A stretch of DNA of 64,000 bases from positions 14,337,676 through 14,401,675 of the forward strand of contig JASCQW010000133.1 of NCBI GenBank assembly GCA_030264375.1, in the 5' to 3' direction. The notes below the pieces were generated by a model, which was not told the origin of the DNA, did not search any database, and was given only the letters and a program-made list of their open reading frames with translations. A program made the position numbers and the translations under genes. The stretch's first letter is position 1. Every line of letters starts with the position of its first letter. Below are positions 25,810 through 40,145 of this stretch, piece by piece. Source of the stretch: Carcharhinus longimanus (lineage: Eukaryota).

Positions 25810-26172
25810 GTCTCAAATGAAGTTTGTGTCCATTTCTGAACACCATGATACTATGAAGGATATGAAGGCATTGGAAAGAGTGCAATAAGATTTGCAAGAA
25901 TAGTTCCAGGGAAGAGGAACTTCAATTACTTTCGTAAATTAGAGAGGCTGAAGCTCGGAGAACAGAAGGTTAAGAAGAGATTTGATAGAGGTATTCAAAT
26001 TCATTAGGGCTCTGGACAGCGTCCTTAGGGATAAACTGTTCCCATTGTAGGAAGAGTCTAGAACTAGAGGACCCCAATTCAAGGCTATTGGCAAAAGAAC
26101 TAAAAGCGATGCAAGGAGAAACTTTTTTTTTTACGCAGTGAGTGGTTAGGATCTGGAGTGCACAGCCTGAGA
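25810..26172 (+). mobile_element. CR1 LINE ORF2 C-terminal fragment
   Basis: Degenerate CVHF..KDMKALERVQ..RRLRRDLIEVFK motifs. Confidence 0.8.
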
Positions 26173-26699
26173 GTCAATTGAAATGTGGGGACTGTTACAG
26201 CATCATGATGTCATTTTCAACAAAAGGAAACAATGATAAAGCTCTCAAAATAGAAAATACCATGAGTGCTCAGCTGGGGAAATTTTATTTTAAAATAGAT
26301 TAAGTAAATGTTGAAGCTCATAGGAGGACAATGTTAGATGATTATATCTGGCATGAGAGATTTGAATTGGCAAGAAAGCAAAGTACACTAATGTGCTGCT
26401 GGTGGCACTGCTGACGTCAATAGTAAGGCTATAAAGTAAATGAGTTAGTCCCACTACTACTGGTGGCATCAGTATCTATTGTAACAATACTAGAGGCATC
26501 AACACCTAAAGATGTTGGAAAATTCAATGCCTTCCTCAAACACTATTGGAGTCACCAATACCCACATTAACAACTGTGTACCGATTAGTACATTCAAATA
26601 ATAAGTGGAAGTAATAAAATAAAGGCAATAAACAAAAGGTACAAGCATCCATCAAGTATAAACTGGAACTCAAGTAATTGCATTTTTGGGACTAAATAC

Positions 26700-27066
26700 T
26701 TACACAGCCAATGAACAAGCTGCCAGAGGTAGTAATAGAGGCGGGTACAATTCTGTCTTTTGAAAAGCATTTAGAAATAAGTATTTAGACATCTTATATG
26801 GGTAAAATGGGTATTGAGAGATGGGCCAAAAACGGGCAATTGGGACTAGCTCAATGGTTAAAAAAAGGGCAACATGGACACGTTGGGCTGAAGGGCCTGN
26901 NNNNNNNNNNNNNNNNNNNNNNNNNNNNNNNNNNNNNNNNNNNNNNNNNNNNNNNNNNNNNNNNNNNNNNNNNNNNNNNNNNNNNNNNNNNNNNNNNNNG
27001 GCAACATGGACAAGTTGGGCTGAAGGGCCTGTTTCCACACTGCAAAGCCCTATGACTATGACTCTA
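26700..27066 (+). mobile_element. HER1/CR1 3' end spanning a gap
   Basis: aacaagctgccagagg...ttgggctgaagggcctgtttcc..(tatgac)n tail. Confidence 0.8.
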
Positions 27067-27779
27067 CCCTGAGGACCTATATCAGCAGAAGTCTCCAGTA
27101 AGCCCTTGGTAATCAACTTAATTCCTGTATCCTCTAACAATAAACTAAGATGAAACAGATTAAGTATTGTCTCTGGTTAGGACAAGGAGAAGACAAATGG
27201 TATCCACTAGGAGGATAAACGAGACCTGCTCGGGTGAAACGTTTAATATAAATGCAGCAAGACTGGAATTTAAACAATGTTCTGTGTACATTATCAATAA
27301 TATACAAGGTGAGACTTTTGTGATTTGGCAGAGTACTTTATTAAGGGTTGCTGAGACAGTGCTTTCTCTGAATGCTTGAATAAATGATTGTGGCCTGTAC
27401 CTGAGTCTTTCATGATCAGTGTGTACAAGTCAACCACAACATCGTCAATAAATAAAATTTTTAAAAAAATGGAAGTGGAGGCAACGTGACAGGACTGTAA
27501 TACACTGGAACAGTGTGGACAGTGATACTGTCCTGGATTTTCACCTCAAGTCTCAAGTGACTTCAGCTCAGAGTCTTTGAGGTGGAATGTGTGTTTGAGA
27601 CACTTCATCCCATAAGAGCGGGGGAAGAACTTCTGAATAATTTCTGCCAGAGAACAGTCCTGATTCAGAGGAAAATACAAATGCAGGAAGGGGTTTGTGT
27701 GACTACTTAGCCAACAGGATAAGGGGAACCAAGGGGAGATGGAGAAACAGATCCTGCAGTTTGGGTTCTGCTGAGATCA

Positions 27780-28606
27780 TTTAGTTCCAGACCTCATTAC
27801 CGCCAAACATGGACAACAGAGTTGAATTCAAGAGCAGAGATGAGAGTGACTACCCCGATATCACGGCAGCATTTGACCAAGTATGGCATCAAGGAGTCCA
27901 AGCAGGGGAAAAGAGTCCACTTATTGGATTCTTATTTAGCCCAAAGGAAGGTAGCTGTGATTACTGGAACCGATTCCCTCAACCCTAGGGCAGCACTGTA
28001 AGCTCAACTGTGTTACCGTTGTTGTATCCCCCACCTTCAACATGTTAGGGGTTAGTATTGACCAGAAACTTAACTGGATCAGCCATACCGATACAATGGC
28101 TACAAGAGCAGAGCAAAGGCTGAGAATTCTCTCGTAAGTAACTTACTCCTGGCTTCATGAGTCTGTCAGCATCTATAGTAGGTGTGATGGAATACACTCC
28201 GCTTGCCTGAATATGTCGAATTTTGACAACACTCAAGAAGCTCAGCACCATCCAGGACGAAACAGTTCACTTGATTGGCATCCCATACAGTGGCAGCAAT
28301 GTGTAATATCTATAAGATGCACTACAGCAACTTGCCAAGTCTCCTTCAACAACACCTTCAAAAGCCACAATCTCTGTCAAATAGAAGGACAAGGGCATTA
28401 GATGTTTGGGAACACCTGCAAGTTTCCCTCCTATTCAATCATCACTTGGGCTTGGAATTATATTGCCACTCCTTCAAGATGGCTGGGTGAAAAACCTCGA
28501 ACTCCCTTTCTAGCTGCACTGTGGGATACCTACACCACATAGACTGCAGCAGTTCAATAATGAGGCTCAGCATCACTTTGAGATTTAGGGATGGTCAATA
28601 AATGCC
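27780..28606 (+). mobile_element. Decayed L2/CR1-like LINE (RT to 3' end)
   Basis: DITAAFDQVWHQG RT motif at about 27857; ends gggatggtcaataaatgc; homologous to 63480-63975. Confidence 0.75.
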
Positions 28607-28967
28607 TAAAATTATAGATAATGGTTTCTTGTTTGCTCTGCCCATTAGACTAAATGCTCAGCCCATATCTCACTTAAATAAGCCAGTAATACATGTCATT
28701 AAGCAGAAAACTGTATGTTTCCTCAGCTATCAGGTAATAATATGCTTTATAGCTTATTTACACATCTTTTGTGCATCTTTACAATATCTACTTGCCCACC
28801 ACAGGAACATAGTCAAAGTTCATGCAACTGAAACTGAAATAACCAGTTCTTTTTATTACAAGCTGACCATCAAAATTGCTAGAACCCATCATTATTTCTC
28901 CTTAGTAATGGAAAACTCAACAAAACAATGACATTCCTCCATTTGTAATAAATATAAAATTACTCGT

Positions 28968-29150
28968 GATGGTCTTGTAGCACATAGGGTAGTGTCTCTG
29001 CTTCTAAGCAAGGAGATTCGAGTCCCACCCAAGACTTGATGGCTTAGGAAGGTGTATTCATAATGCGGCCAAGCAGGTTGAGTATTAATCTGCAACTTCT
29101 TCCAGTTGCAGGTGGTAACAGCAGAAGAGATTTCTGCCCAGCCATGTAAT
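28968..29150 (+). mobile_element. Probable tRNA-derived SINE
   Basis: A-box-like gtagcacatagggtag and B-box-like ttcgagtccc, followed by a non-tRNA body. Confidence 0.5.
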
Positions 29151-30449
29151 CATCACTATCCATAGCTTAGGCACATAACAGCCATATCAACTTGGACTCA
29201 GGGTGAAATGTAACACACCAGCATGCAACTATTCAGGAATGAAAGGACTGGTTTCAGTCTGATTTACAAATCTAATACAATGCAACTGTTTTAAAGTAAC
29301 AGAGGTGACTAAGATTGATTATTCTATCATAAATAGACGGGCTTCTGCTGTCAGATTTGAAAAGTGAAAGTGCTGAATATGAAATGTAAAGATAACTAGC
29401 TTTTCTTGTTTCGTTACATTCTAATTTTTAAAAAAATTGAGCTTTGTATCTATGCTTTAAGATGATTGTCTGTCACTTATCTGCAATTACATAAAATGGT
29501 CATCTTTCTGAATAAATGGTACAAAGTTCAGTACTTCTATAATCTCTAATAGACATTTTCATTCCATGCAAAATAATACTCTAATTGTAGCTGCGCAAGC
29601 AATATCACAGAACAAGTGACAAATGAGGTAATGCGCAGAGATTTGTTCCGGTGATTGAACTGTTTATTTATGTGCGACATTAAAGACTTTTTTTTAGGCA
29701 ACTAAGGGGATTAGGAGAGGGCTTTTAATTTTTTTTAAAGCTTCCTTGTGTCCATCATCAGCAAACCCATCCCATTCTATAAAAAACTGTCACAATAAGT
29801 TTATAACAGTTCAGTTTTATGATTGTAAAACCACTTTTCTCTTTTCTATTGTTTTGCACACATATTTGAATAAGTAACAAATGGAAATTGGCCCATTTAT
29901 ATTTATTGTAAGAATCTTCTACCAAGTGGATAAATAATAAGTTTAAAAAAAATACTAATTGTAGAAAACATTATCACATGAAAACTTGGAATAGTACTAC
30001 AGCAGAATCATGATAGACAATTCCACCTTACAATGCTTAGCTGAGATTAATATTTCTACAAACTTCAGCTGATCGCATACAAGTCCACAAATGTCTATGC
30101 CAAGCTGATCACATCAAAGTCCACCAAACATGCATTTGTCACTTTGGCACTGAGGAAAACAATGACTAGAATCAATCTAAATTGCGCTGCTACCTTTGGG
30201 CGAATTATCACCCCATAGAAGTTGGATGAAATGGAGGACATTGTAATTTTGAACCAGGATTCTGTAGTTACATAAATCCTTGAAAAGGAAATTCTTCTTA
30301 ACTGGAGGTGAAAGGGGCATAGTTGCATATGCCCAAACTCCACGTTTGACTCAATCTATTTACATGCTGCTGACCACGTTAAAACCAGTAGGATCAATTG
30401 ACTACTGTTGCTGTCAATTGACTACTTTAAACAGCAAAGTACAATATAT

Positions 30450-30540
30450 TTGATTTGATTTATTGTCATGTATTAGTATATACAATAAAAAGTATAATAT
30501 CTTGCGCGCTATACAGACAAAGCGTATCGTACAGAGAGGA
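30450..30540 (-). mobile_element. Rex/Babar- or L2-like 3' tail
   Basis: ttgatttgatttattgtcatgtattagtata..cttgcgcgctatacagacaaagc. Confidence 0.75.
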
Positions 30541-32137
30541 CAGAGTCAAAATAAGTGAACTTTAAAAATTGTTTAAAGGAGTGTGGCTATCACATACTTC
30601 GCAGATAATTTTAAGCAAAGCTTTGAAAGAAGTGCAGTTATGCAATTAGAGCAAAAATAGCACTGTTTTGCAAATTGAATTTGGCATTACAGACTGATCA
30701 TTTTGCATAGTCACGGAAAATAAACACAAAATAAAGAGCATGCTGTGATAGACTTGTGCCTGCTGCAGTCAGAATACTCTCTGACAGGCATCGCATAGTA
30801 TGGAAATCTTGAAGCTGGCTATTCCTGGAATAAAGACTATCCAGAAACGTAACAGACTCACTGATGTTCCTTCATAGACATCCAATCATTGTCATTTCTT
30901 ATCCTGGCTTTGAATTTGTAATTTTTGACTATCAAGCAGTTGAGGTTTTAAAGAGCACATACAATATGATAGCTGCTTGTATAAAATAAATTTTGGGGCA
31001 TTGAAATACTTCATATGAAGTGCAAATTTAGGAAAAGAGCAATTGAGATTGTCATTATTGTTAGGAGGGAGGCTGATCAGAGATCCACTACTTAAGTGTA
31101 GTTGATGGGTCTGCAATGACTCTTTGAAGTATCACCCAGGGAGCAAAAATTATGAAATAATTCATACAGTAAATGGTGAGGAAGAAAAACAAAGCAACTT
31201 GCGTATGAATAATGCATGGCAAATCGAAGAGCAGTTTTACTCTTATTTTAAATGATGTAATCTTTGAACAGAAGCCAAATCATCTATCTGCTAAGTTTGC
31301 AGCAGACCCATCTGATCATGCTCCAGTGTAGTAGTGCCAAGCAAGATATTCATTTTAAGACTGATCGCTAGTGCAATCTGAGTTTTAATCTTGATCTAAG
31401 TATGTGAACTTGAAACTAACAAAAATGATTCCAGTTACCTGAATAAACAAGTACCTTTTTAGTGGGGTTACATATTTCTAGCACATATGCCATTTCTTCT
31501 TGTTCAAAGGGGATGCATCTAGCTTCAAAATACATCATCTGATAGTGGGCTGCCTACCCTTTTAGGCAAAGGCTGGTGTAGAATACAGGGTAAACTAAAG
31601 AGGTGAATGAAATAAACAACAAAGAAACAAATAGGATAAAATAGAAAAACAAGGAAGGCAGAATTTCACTAACTGTGTTAGATATATGTTACCCTTTGCA
31701 AAAATAAAAGGTGCTTTTTTCTCCCTCAATGGCTTTTATGCTTTGCTCAGATTATTTCAAACAGAAAATTAATTGTTCCATATTTGAATCAGTTTTCTTA
31801 TTATGATGAAGACATTCGTTTTTAGAAAATAAATACAACCATGTGTAAAACAGAGTTAGTAAATATTGTGCTGCCTAGTAATCAAAGTGATGTCAGTGAT
31901 TCCCTAATTTCTCCCTGTAGGGCGATCCAGGCACCTGCACCAACTTCACCCAGCGGCAGCTGGGTGGAAACAGAGCCATTTGATTGGATCATTTAGATTT
32001 GCATATCCAATCATATATTTAGAACCAAAATTCTCAATCCAGTTAAATGGAACTATTCTGCAGCAACTATTAACATAACATCCTCACAAGATATGGAACA
32101 GATGATCCAATGTTTACCTATTTAAAAAAAAGAACGT

Positions 32138-32552
32138 CATAGAATCCTACAGTGCAGAAAGAGGCCCTTCGGCCCATCGAGTCTGCACCGAACACAATCC
32201 CACCCAGGTCCTANNNNNNNNNNNNNNNNNNNNNNNNNNNNNNNNNNNNNNNNNNNNNNNNNNNNNNNNNNNNNNNNNNNNNNNNNNNNNNNNNNNNNNN
32301 NNNNNNNNNNNNNNNNNNNNNNNNNNNNNNNNNNNNNNNNNNNNNNNNNNNNNNNNNNNNNNNNNNNNNNNNNNNNNNNNNNNNNNNNNNNNNNNNNNNN
32401 NNNNNNNNNNNNNNNNNNNNNNNNNNNNNNNNNNNNNNNNNNNNNNNNNNNNNNNNNNNNNNNNNNNNNNNNNNNNNNNNNNNCTGGGAATCAAACCCAG
32501 GACCCTGGAGCTGTGAAGCAGCAGTGCTAAGCACTGTGCTACCGTGCTGCCC
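32138..32552 (-). mobile_element. Young HE1-like SINE spanning a gap
   Basis: Tail catagaatcctacagtgcag.. and head gggcagcacggtagcacagtgcttagcactgctg on either side of the Ns. Confidence 0.85.
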
Positions 32553-33800
32553 AACGTACTCAGATAACGTACTAGTCATAAATCTGCACAAAACTACTGA
32601 AGAAGAATGCAATGCAGAACCTTTTAATTAGTATATTTTCAGAATTTTCCATGAGCATTCTGTTAAATCCAATATTAATATGTGGTGAAAGAATAAGTCT
32701 GAAACTGGTCTTTTACCTTAAGTTTATTCCCAGCTTCACATAGTACCGAAAGACCCTCCCCAGCTTCACATAGTGACAACCTCTGCTTCCCCACATCCAG
32801 TTGTTCCAGCTATGTCCATTTATACTGTTCTGAAGGTTGAGGCAATGATTATCATCTGTCCTTAACAGCATAATTGACTTAACAGTGGAATTGCTAAAGG
32901 GTGCAATAGCTGATGCATTGACATCCTAAACTCGGAAAAAGTACTTCTGCAATTGGCTCAAGAAACTGCACTTGCAAATCTAAACTTCCGATAAAAATGC
33001 CAGTGATGGCAAGCACCTCTTTTTACCTTGCGTCAAAAGGTCAACTGTGGGTGATCTTAGATAGGAGTGTCACCCTACCAGAGAATGCCCAAATTCAATT
33101 ATATAGCTAAAGTTAAATATAATTGTAGAAATTGACATAATTCAGGATATCCTACTACATGGCCCTTAAATTTAATGTCTGATTTCCATTTCCCATTACT
33201 CCAACTCTCTGCCTATTTTACCCCTTCCTATCATTCACTTTTAACATTTTCAGGGAGCTTCTTTAAACTCCAGGATATCTAAACAATTCAGAATGATGAC
33301 TATATTCACAGTAGATTAAGTTATTGATTTACTGCCAAAAATTAAAATAGAGTGGTTTATTGTATTTTTAATCCAATTCCCTCGTAGCTTTTGGTTTCCC
33401 ATTAAAACAGTTTTAGTAACATGCTCGGTTAAACAGTTGAATGACTACTTCAGTGTTGGATTAACACATGGGCCAGTATCCCAAGCCAAACACCTTGGCC
33501 CCATGCACTAAGATACACTCTTAGTGTTTCCTTGTCCATTAAAGTTCATTGCTACTAAACACTCAACAAATGTGGCAAGATGCAAAACTATACTACAATC
33601 AAGGTGCTAAATTAGGTTTTATATCAAGGAAGTTAATAGACAGAATTCGTCTAGTCCCTTCCAGTCTGTAAACAGGACATTTTTGTGTAACCTGTCTATT
33701 TCCTTGTGAGTTTTCCAAATTTAAAATAAATTACAGCTGCAGGCTTTTTGATGACTTAAAAAATAAAAGTTACTTATTATCACACACCTTCCACACACCT

Positions 33801-34066
33801 GATTTGATTTATTATTGTTAAATGTATTAGTATACAGTGAAAAGTATTGTTTCTTGAATGCCATGCAGACAAAGGAGAGAGTGCAGAATATAGTGTTACT
33901 GTCATAGCTAGGGTGTAGAGAAAGGTCAACTTAATGTGAGGTAGGCCCATTCAAAAGTCTTGATGGCAGCAGGGAAGAAGCTGTTCTTGAGTCGGATGGT
34001 ATGTAACCTCAGACTTTGTATCTTTTTCCTGATGGAAGTAGATAGAAGAGAGAATGCCCAGGATGT
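33801..34066 (-). mobile_element. Rex/Babar- or L2-like LINE 3' end
   Basis: Reverse homology to 2045-2313. Confidence 0.8.
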
Positions 34067-36140
34067 GTTTGAAACACAATGTCTCAATCATTCACCTCAC
34101 TCTATCACACATAAAGGTTAGATACAGGTGATATTAACACCATAATTATAAAAATAGAAATTATAACTGAGTCTTTATCTCTAAGCAGGCGTAATTCCTC
34201 TTAGTTGAGTTGATACACAAATTGGAGGGAAGATCTTTGAGAAATAAAGGATTCTCATGAAGCTGAAAAGGCTTTTGTAGACAAATAGCCAGGAAATTTG
34301 TTCAGGTCGCACAAGCTGGAATAAATACTGTAACTTGCCTGCATTAGAAGCTATGATGGTTCAGCTGTTTCAGATGTTTCTCTCTACCAGATTTGTTCAG
34401 GTTGCATTATACTGCAGTCCTTGAAAATTAGTCACATCAACGCAGTGTCAACACTTGTGGGCTCTAGACCATTACAATACAACGGCAGTTGACAATGGTC
34501 ATTCATTTTTATCTCTGTTCCAGCTTGAGTTCAAATATTCACCTTTGTTCAATATGATTCTCCGAGACCAACAGTTTTGAGGTTTCATATTCCTCGAACG
34601 CTGATCCATTATTAAACGTTGAGATGTTTAAACTTCACAGGTGGCTGTGAAGTACCCTTATTCAGGTCCTTGTTTAACTAAATATTGGTCACAGATTTAA
34701 ATGCTGTCCACAATTTAAGTTCCCATCATCTAATATTAAGTTGCAGCCACCTTAATAAATTCACAAAGCATATTACAGTCCATAATATCCAATATCCTAA
34801 TGCCTGTACTGAGCGTAACAAAGACTGCTGACAAAGGTAAATGTTTCATTTAAAGTGGACACAGATGGCTATTTGCAGGAAACACATTCTAAATTACTTA
34901 CTTCAAATTTGGAAAATTCTGTCTGCAACATTTTGGTGGCTCTGTAAAGGCTTCATATTTGCAAAGTAACAAGAAGTTGTTCTAAGTTGTGGCCGCTCAA
35001 TAACTGTGGGAAATTTCAACATACCTGGCCTGCCTGTCTTTTTGGCCTCTCTCACATTTAGTACCTGGGTTTGAATCCAGCTTACTACAGAAGTACCCTA
35101 CTTCTAATGTCGAATCAAAACGATTACACATGTTCAATCCAATCTCTCATACACGACCCCACAGCACAATTTCCATAATGTGCCCTCAAGCAAGCTGACA
35201 CTGCCCAAGCAGAACAGACATTGTTACAGGAGAGTAGATGGAGGCTCAGTTTAAGTGACACAGGGGTGTTAGATCCTAATAAATGCACAAAACAGAAGTG
35301 TGTCCTATACCCTACTAATGGCACTTTTCACCTTGAATAAAATGTTATTGCACTTGCTTATATGCAAAATCCATTAGCAACCGATGAAAGATTTTGTGCC
35401 CTACATATAGTTTTCATTAAATAAAAACTCCTTGTAGTCGTGTAAGATTAAATGGCTTTGATATGTTTTGGAATAAAACCATCACAGCTGTCAAAGCCAG
35501 GTGTCAACAAGACACAAAAGAAAAGACAATTTATCTAATACGACCTTCCCTGACACACATCTCTTGACAGTTGTGACAGCTTATTTCTAAATCAAAAACA
35601 TACAGTTTAATCTCATTCTACTGCTTATAATGAAAGTCATACCCACCCTGACAAGATCTTTTTATCGTGTCCTACTGTTTATTAAATTTACCAGTAAGTG
35701 CAATTAAAATTCTGACAGGTGGCAAACATAAGCAAAATAGAGAATTACTTCCCACCACTCATGAAATTTGATCCCGTCACTTGCCACGTAGTCAACCTTT
35801 CCATTAACTGCGGAATAGAATCACATAGTACTGAAAGAGGCCATTCAGCTCATGGCTAACAAAAAATGGGTTCACAATGAACAGCTAAAATCCTGTTCTA
35901 GTTATACAGATTGTATTCACTCCTAGAGATTAAACATGTTCTAGGGTGTGTTCACTATAATCGACCTAATTACAACCATCAAATACTGGCTGGCCTGAAA
36001 TATTTACATTTAGAGAAAAAGCAGAAAATGGCTCCCATCTTTTCATACCAAATTTCTTCAAGAAATTTTCCCTGAATTGGTCCTATTGTTATATCATAGA
36101 TTCTCATAACATTAATATGTAGGTGTTAGAGAGAAAATAG

Positions 36141-36370
36141 TGGGGTGGTTAGCTCAGTTAGTGAGATGGCTAGTATGTGGTTCAGAATAATGCTAACAGT
36201 GCAAATTCTATTCCCATTCCAGCTGAGATAGACTTGGGTGCTGCCTCCTGACCCTGCTGCTGAAAGTGGCAGTCAAAGGCAATCAACCACTGTTAAAAAC
36301 CGCCAAGAATGAACTAAGAGTGAAACATCAGCAATCAGCCAAGGACCTTCCTTTGGACAGAGCATGCATG
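36141..36370 (+). mobile_element. tRNA-derived SINE
   Basis: ggttagctcagttagt A-box head; body shared with 7470-7570. Confidence 0.6.
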
Positions 36371-37349
36371 ACATGAAACATGAAATGGTATTAGCCGATG
36401 GGTATTGGCTAATGCCAATAGGATGGACATCTCCTCAGCCACAATGCAATTTGCTTGTTGATTTAAAGGGACTTTATGCATTATCCATTTAGAGGGAAAA
36501 CTCAGCACCTCCAGTGATGAATTTAGTGAAAAAAGGAATCAATAAAGTGCATTCATGCGCCTAATAAATTTGTATAATACATTGTAAATTAGAACTGCTG
36601 GAAATATGCTGGTGGAATGGAAAGATAAAGAGTTACAGATTGGGAAGAATGTGTTAAAAATAATCAAAATGTTAAAAAAAATTAAAAGGCTATAAATGAA
36701 AAATGTCAATAAAAGGGAGGGTAATTAGTGGAACTTATTGAATCTTTAGACAACCAATAGGCAATATACTGCTAGGAAAGTCGTACACTGAATATTAGAT
36801 ACCTGCACTCAGCTGGAAGCAATTTCATTATAAACCTGCAATAATGTCACATTCATTAATCTCATTGTGTGGATGCCAACATGCATCAAGTGGCAGCCTG
36901 ACAGTAGTAACAGAAAGTGACCAAGATAATTACTTTACACAGAATATAACATTGAAATCAGTGATTTATCAGGAACAATTATAGATACCAGGTATCAACC
37001 CCAAGGCTGAATTGCCATCCTAGAGATTTAGACAGCAGATACTTAACTGCTCAAAGTTTATTTTTGTAGTTTTGACAATATCTATTTTACTTAGATTGCA
37101 GTCTTTTAATCATTGCCAGATATCCATTTTATGTACATATGGAATGTTCAACAGCAAACTACTGAATACATAATTTATCCCATTAGTGAATTCAGTAGAT
37201 CCACAAATGTGATAAATTCAGCATTTAACTGCCTGCTATTCAGTGTTGTTTGTGGAATAAATAAGGGACAAAATATAATAACATTAAAGTTTCATTACAG
37301 TATTAATTATATTATAGCCTGGGATATTCGAGCAAGATATATACTTTAG

Positions 37350-37525
37350 AGGTATCTCACTATCTCCACTATTAATCCAGAAACTAAGTTAATGTTCTGA
37401 GGATGTCAGTTTGAATCCTGCCAAGGCAGAGGGTTGAATTTGAATTCAATAAAAACTATCTGAATTTAAGAATCTACTGATGTCCACAAAACCATTGTTG
37501 ATTGTTTGAAAAACCTGTCCTGTTC
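37350..37525 (+). mobile_element. tRNA-derived SINE (11590 family) running into a gap
   Basis: ctattaatccagaaac..gtttgaatcctgcc..gaatttgaattcaataaaa. Confidence 0.7.
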
Positions 37526-38993
37526 NNNNNNNNNNNNNNNNNNNNNNNNNNNNNNNNNNNNNNNNNNNNNNNNNNNNNNNNNNNNNNNNNNNNNNNNNNN
37601 NNNNNNNNNNNNNNNNNNNNNNNNNNNNNNNNNNNNNNNNNNNNNNNNNNNNNNNNNNNNNNNNNNNNNNNNNNNNNNNNNNNNNNNNNNNNNNNNNNNN
37701 NNNNNNNNNGAATGAATAAAAAAAAATTGAGGCCAAGAACGACATTTTCAGAACTATAATGCAGAATACGCAGGATATGTAAAGTTACAATTAAGGCTTC
37801 GCTGGCACTTTTGCTGCATGTTAAAAGGAACAAGGCAATTTTGAGCAAGCTGAGGTCTGTCTGCAATTGTAACTTTATGAATGGAGTGAATAGATTAGTA
37901 AGTTACAGTGCTAATGGTTACCCTCCTTACTGAAAAATGTATGGAGAGAATCCATCATGCACTTGGTACAAAAGATAAAAACATAAAATGCTGCAAATAA
38001 TCAATAGGTCTGGAGCAGCTGTGGCAAGAGAAACATAAATGTTTAAGTGCATTTTCTATTTTATTCTATCGTGTACATGACCACTTTTTTAAAAGAAGAA
38101 ACATACCATGTTTTCAAACTATCGAGTGCAGGCTAAAATGACAAATTAATTCCAAGAAAATAATTTACATCAAATCTAAATAAGCAAAGCCAGAACAGCA
38201 TATAACCATTTGCTTCCTCAACTGGAAATAGCAATGCCCTCTAGAACCTAAAGTCTTTAAATAGAGCCATTTAATGAAATCTTGCATTCTTTTACCATGT
38301 GTAATTTTGCCTCAATACCCAGGACATGAAAACATGATCAAACTGAATGAGCTAAAAATATCAGTGTTAATTATGAGACAATAATTATTTTCCATCCATA
38401 TAGCATTCTGATGGGTATCCATTGAGCGCAATATCAGCTGATCATACGTATGTGTACATATAATATATATATATCATTATTGAAAAGCTGGAAAAGAAAC
38501 CCAAGAACCAATGCAATCATCATGCTAGTGAGTTGCCTCCATTGCTAGAAATATGTGCCTGCTTGGTCAGTTTCTATGTATTCATTTAAACCAATGTCCA
38601 ATACAAAGGATAGACAGCTAATGAGAACTCTATTTTAAAAATCACAGGATATTGTCCTTGCCAAGATGAACATACAATACAATAATATTTTATTATGCCA
38701 CAACTGGGACTTTGTCAATAACAAGTATTATCTGACAAAAAAGTATGGAATTGTAAGAGTCAAATTGCAGAAAATGAGATGTAATGTCAGATTATGGGAA
38801 GAAGTGCTGTAAAGATCATTGCTGAGGCCCTAATGCCTTTATTGTTCCCAAGCTACACAACTGAGCTGGACGCTTAAACCAAATATAAACATCAAGTTGG
38901 TGGACGATACAAAAACAGATTTTGCAACCAACACCTTGCAGAATTGCCAAAAATGCTAATGAGATTTAACAATTAAAAATGAAATACTGCCTA

Positions 38994-40145
38994 TGTTATA
39001 CTCCTTGACCAGACCCAAAGTCTTTGGTAAGATTGGCTAGAGACCAATAATGTTTTGTTTATAATAAACAAAGTTTGAGATTCAAAACACTTGCTCATTG
39101 AAGAAAGCAGAGGATTTCATAGGTTTTGAACAAACAGAAATAAACTCTACTATAGAAGGTTAGAAAGATAAAACAATTTTCAATATCTATCTTATACTCT
39201 TAAAATGGTACATGTGAATTAGAAGCCAACTGAGGTTGTATATACCACTCTATACAAAAAATGGCAGATGCAATCCATATAATGAGTTCATGGATTTCTC
39301 AACAAGCCACCCAGACGTCAGTAACACTGCAAGCCAACCAATTTCATGGAAACTCTTATTTCTCTCACAAGGGATTCTGACTTTTACCTTCAAAGAGCTT
39401 GCCTTGCAATTCTCTCCAAAGGTCACTTCAATTCTGAAGGCTTTGGGATCTCTTCCCTGTCTGAGATGCACTGCTCCTGGTCCCCTGACTTTGGTTTTCA
39501 CATCATTTCTTTATGTTCAAGTACACTAGGCCAAGAAAAAAGTAAAAGTGTTGACCTATGCACATGCATAGGGTGGGGTTTTTCAGTTCCACCTGCCCCA
39601 GGACCGGAATCTTCTGCCCATGATCAAGAGACTTTTTGTTTGTCCATCGAATTTTCTGTTCTGCCTCTGACAATTCCTGTGATGGGCGCGGAACCAGAAG
39701 ATTTAGTGGCCAGTCTAAGCATGAGCAAAAGCTCTGAGGCTCATTGGTAGCTGAAATTCTCTACCTCTGTGCTCTCTAACAAGATAAGTTTTGGTTTCCT
39801 ACCACATATAAATCCTAAAAGGTGCATGAGTAGACTTTAATTAGCTCAGAGATATTTAGAAAGAAACACAAGAGGTGTAAGATGGAAGCTATGTGACCAG
39901 CCGTACACCATGCGAAATTTTCCTTTGAAAAGTTGTGAGAGCTGTATAATTGGCAGCCAGTCCTCCATCTGCAATTTTACAGTATCATCCAAATTTAAAT
40001 TTACCCCCTTTTCAAAGTTGAACTACTTTTTGGAATATCCTGAGGACATGATAAAGTACAATATGAACTCCCACTTTCCTTTTCTTCCTATGCGATGTAT
40101 CAAATGATTTAAGAGAAATGGAGTAGTGATATCTAGAATCATGAG
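38994..40145. mobile_element. Probable solo LTR or LTR-like element
   Basis: Starts TGTTATA right after a decayed CR1 RT patch (IKLVDDTK, about 38890) and resembles 1396-2752 in layout. The right end and TSD are not resolved. Confidence 0.4.

Noticed and set aside
26868-27030. Direct repeat ggcaacatggac..ttgggctgaagggcctg on both sides of a gap
   Set aside because: Most likely overlapping contig ends or two haplotypes around a 100-N gap.
30862-30975. Possible exon ending at gtgagt
   Set aside because: Stops in all frames.
34902-35003. Possible exon between cccacag and gtaagt on the minus strand
   Set aside because: Stops in all three frames and no FBXW8 similarity; the true next exon is at 15561.
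36141-36225. tRNA genes at tRNA-like heads (also 28968, 54700, 11590)
   Set aside because: No intact cloverleaf; each continues into a SINE body.
39236-39750. Overlapping 83-134 aa ORFs as a gene
   Set aside because: No recognisable domain or splice pattern; they lie in LTR-like DNA.
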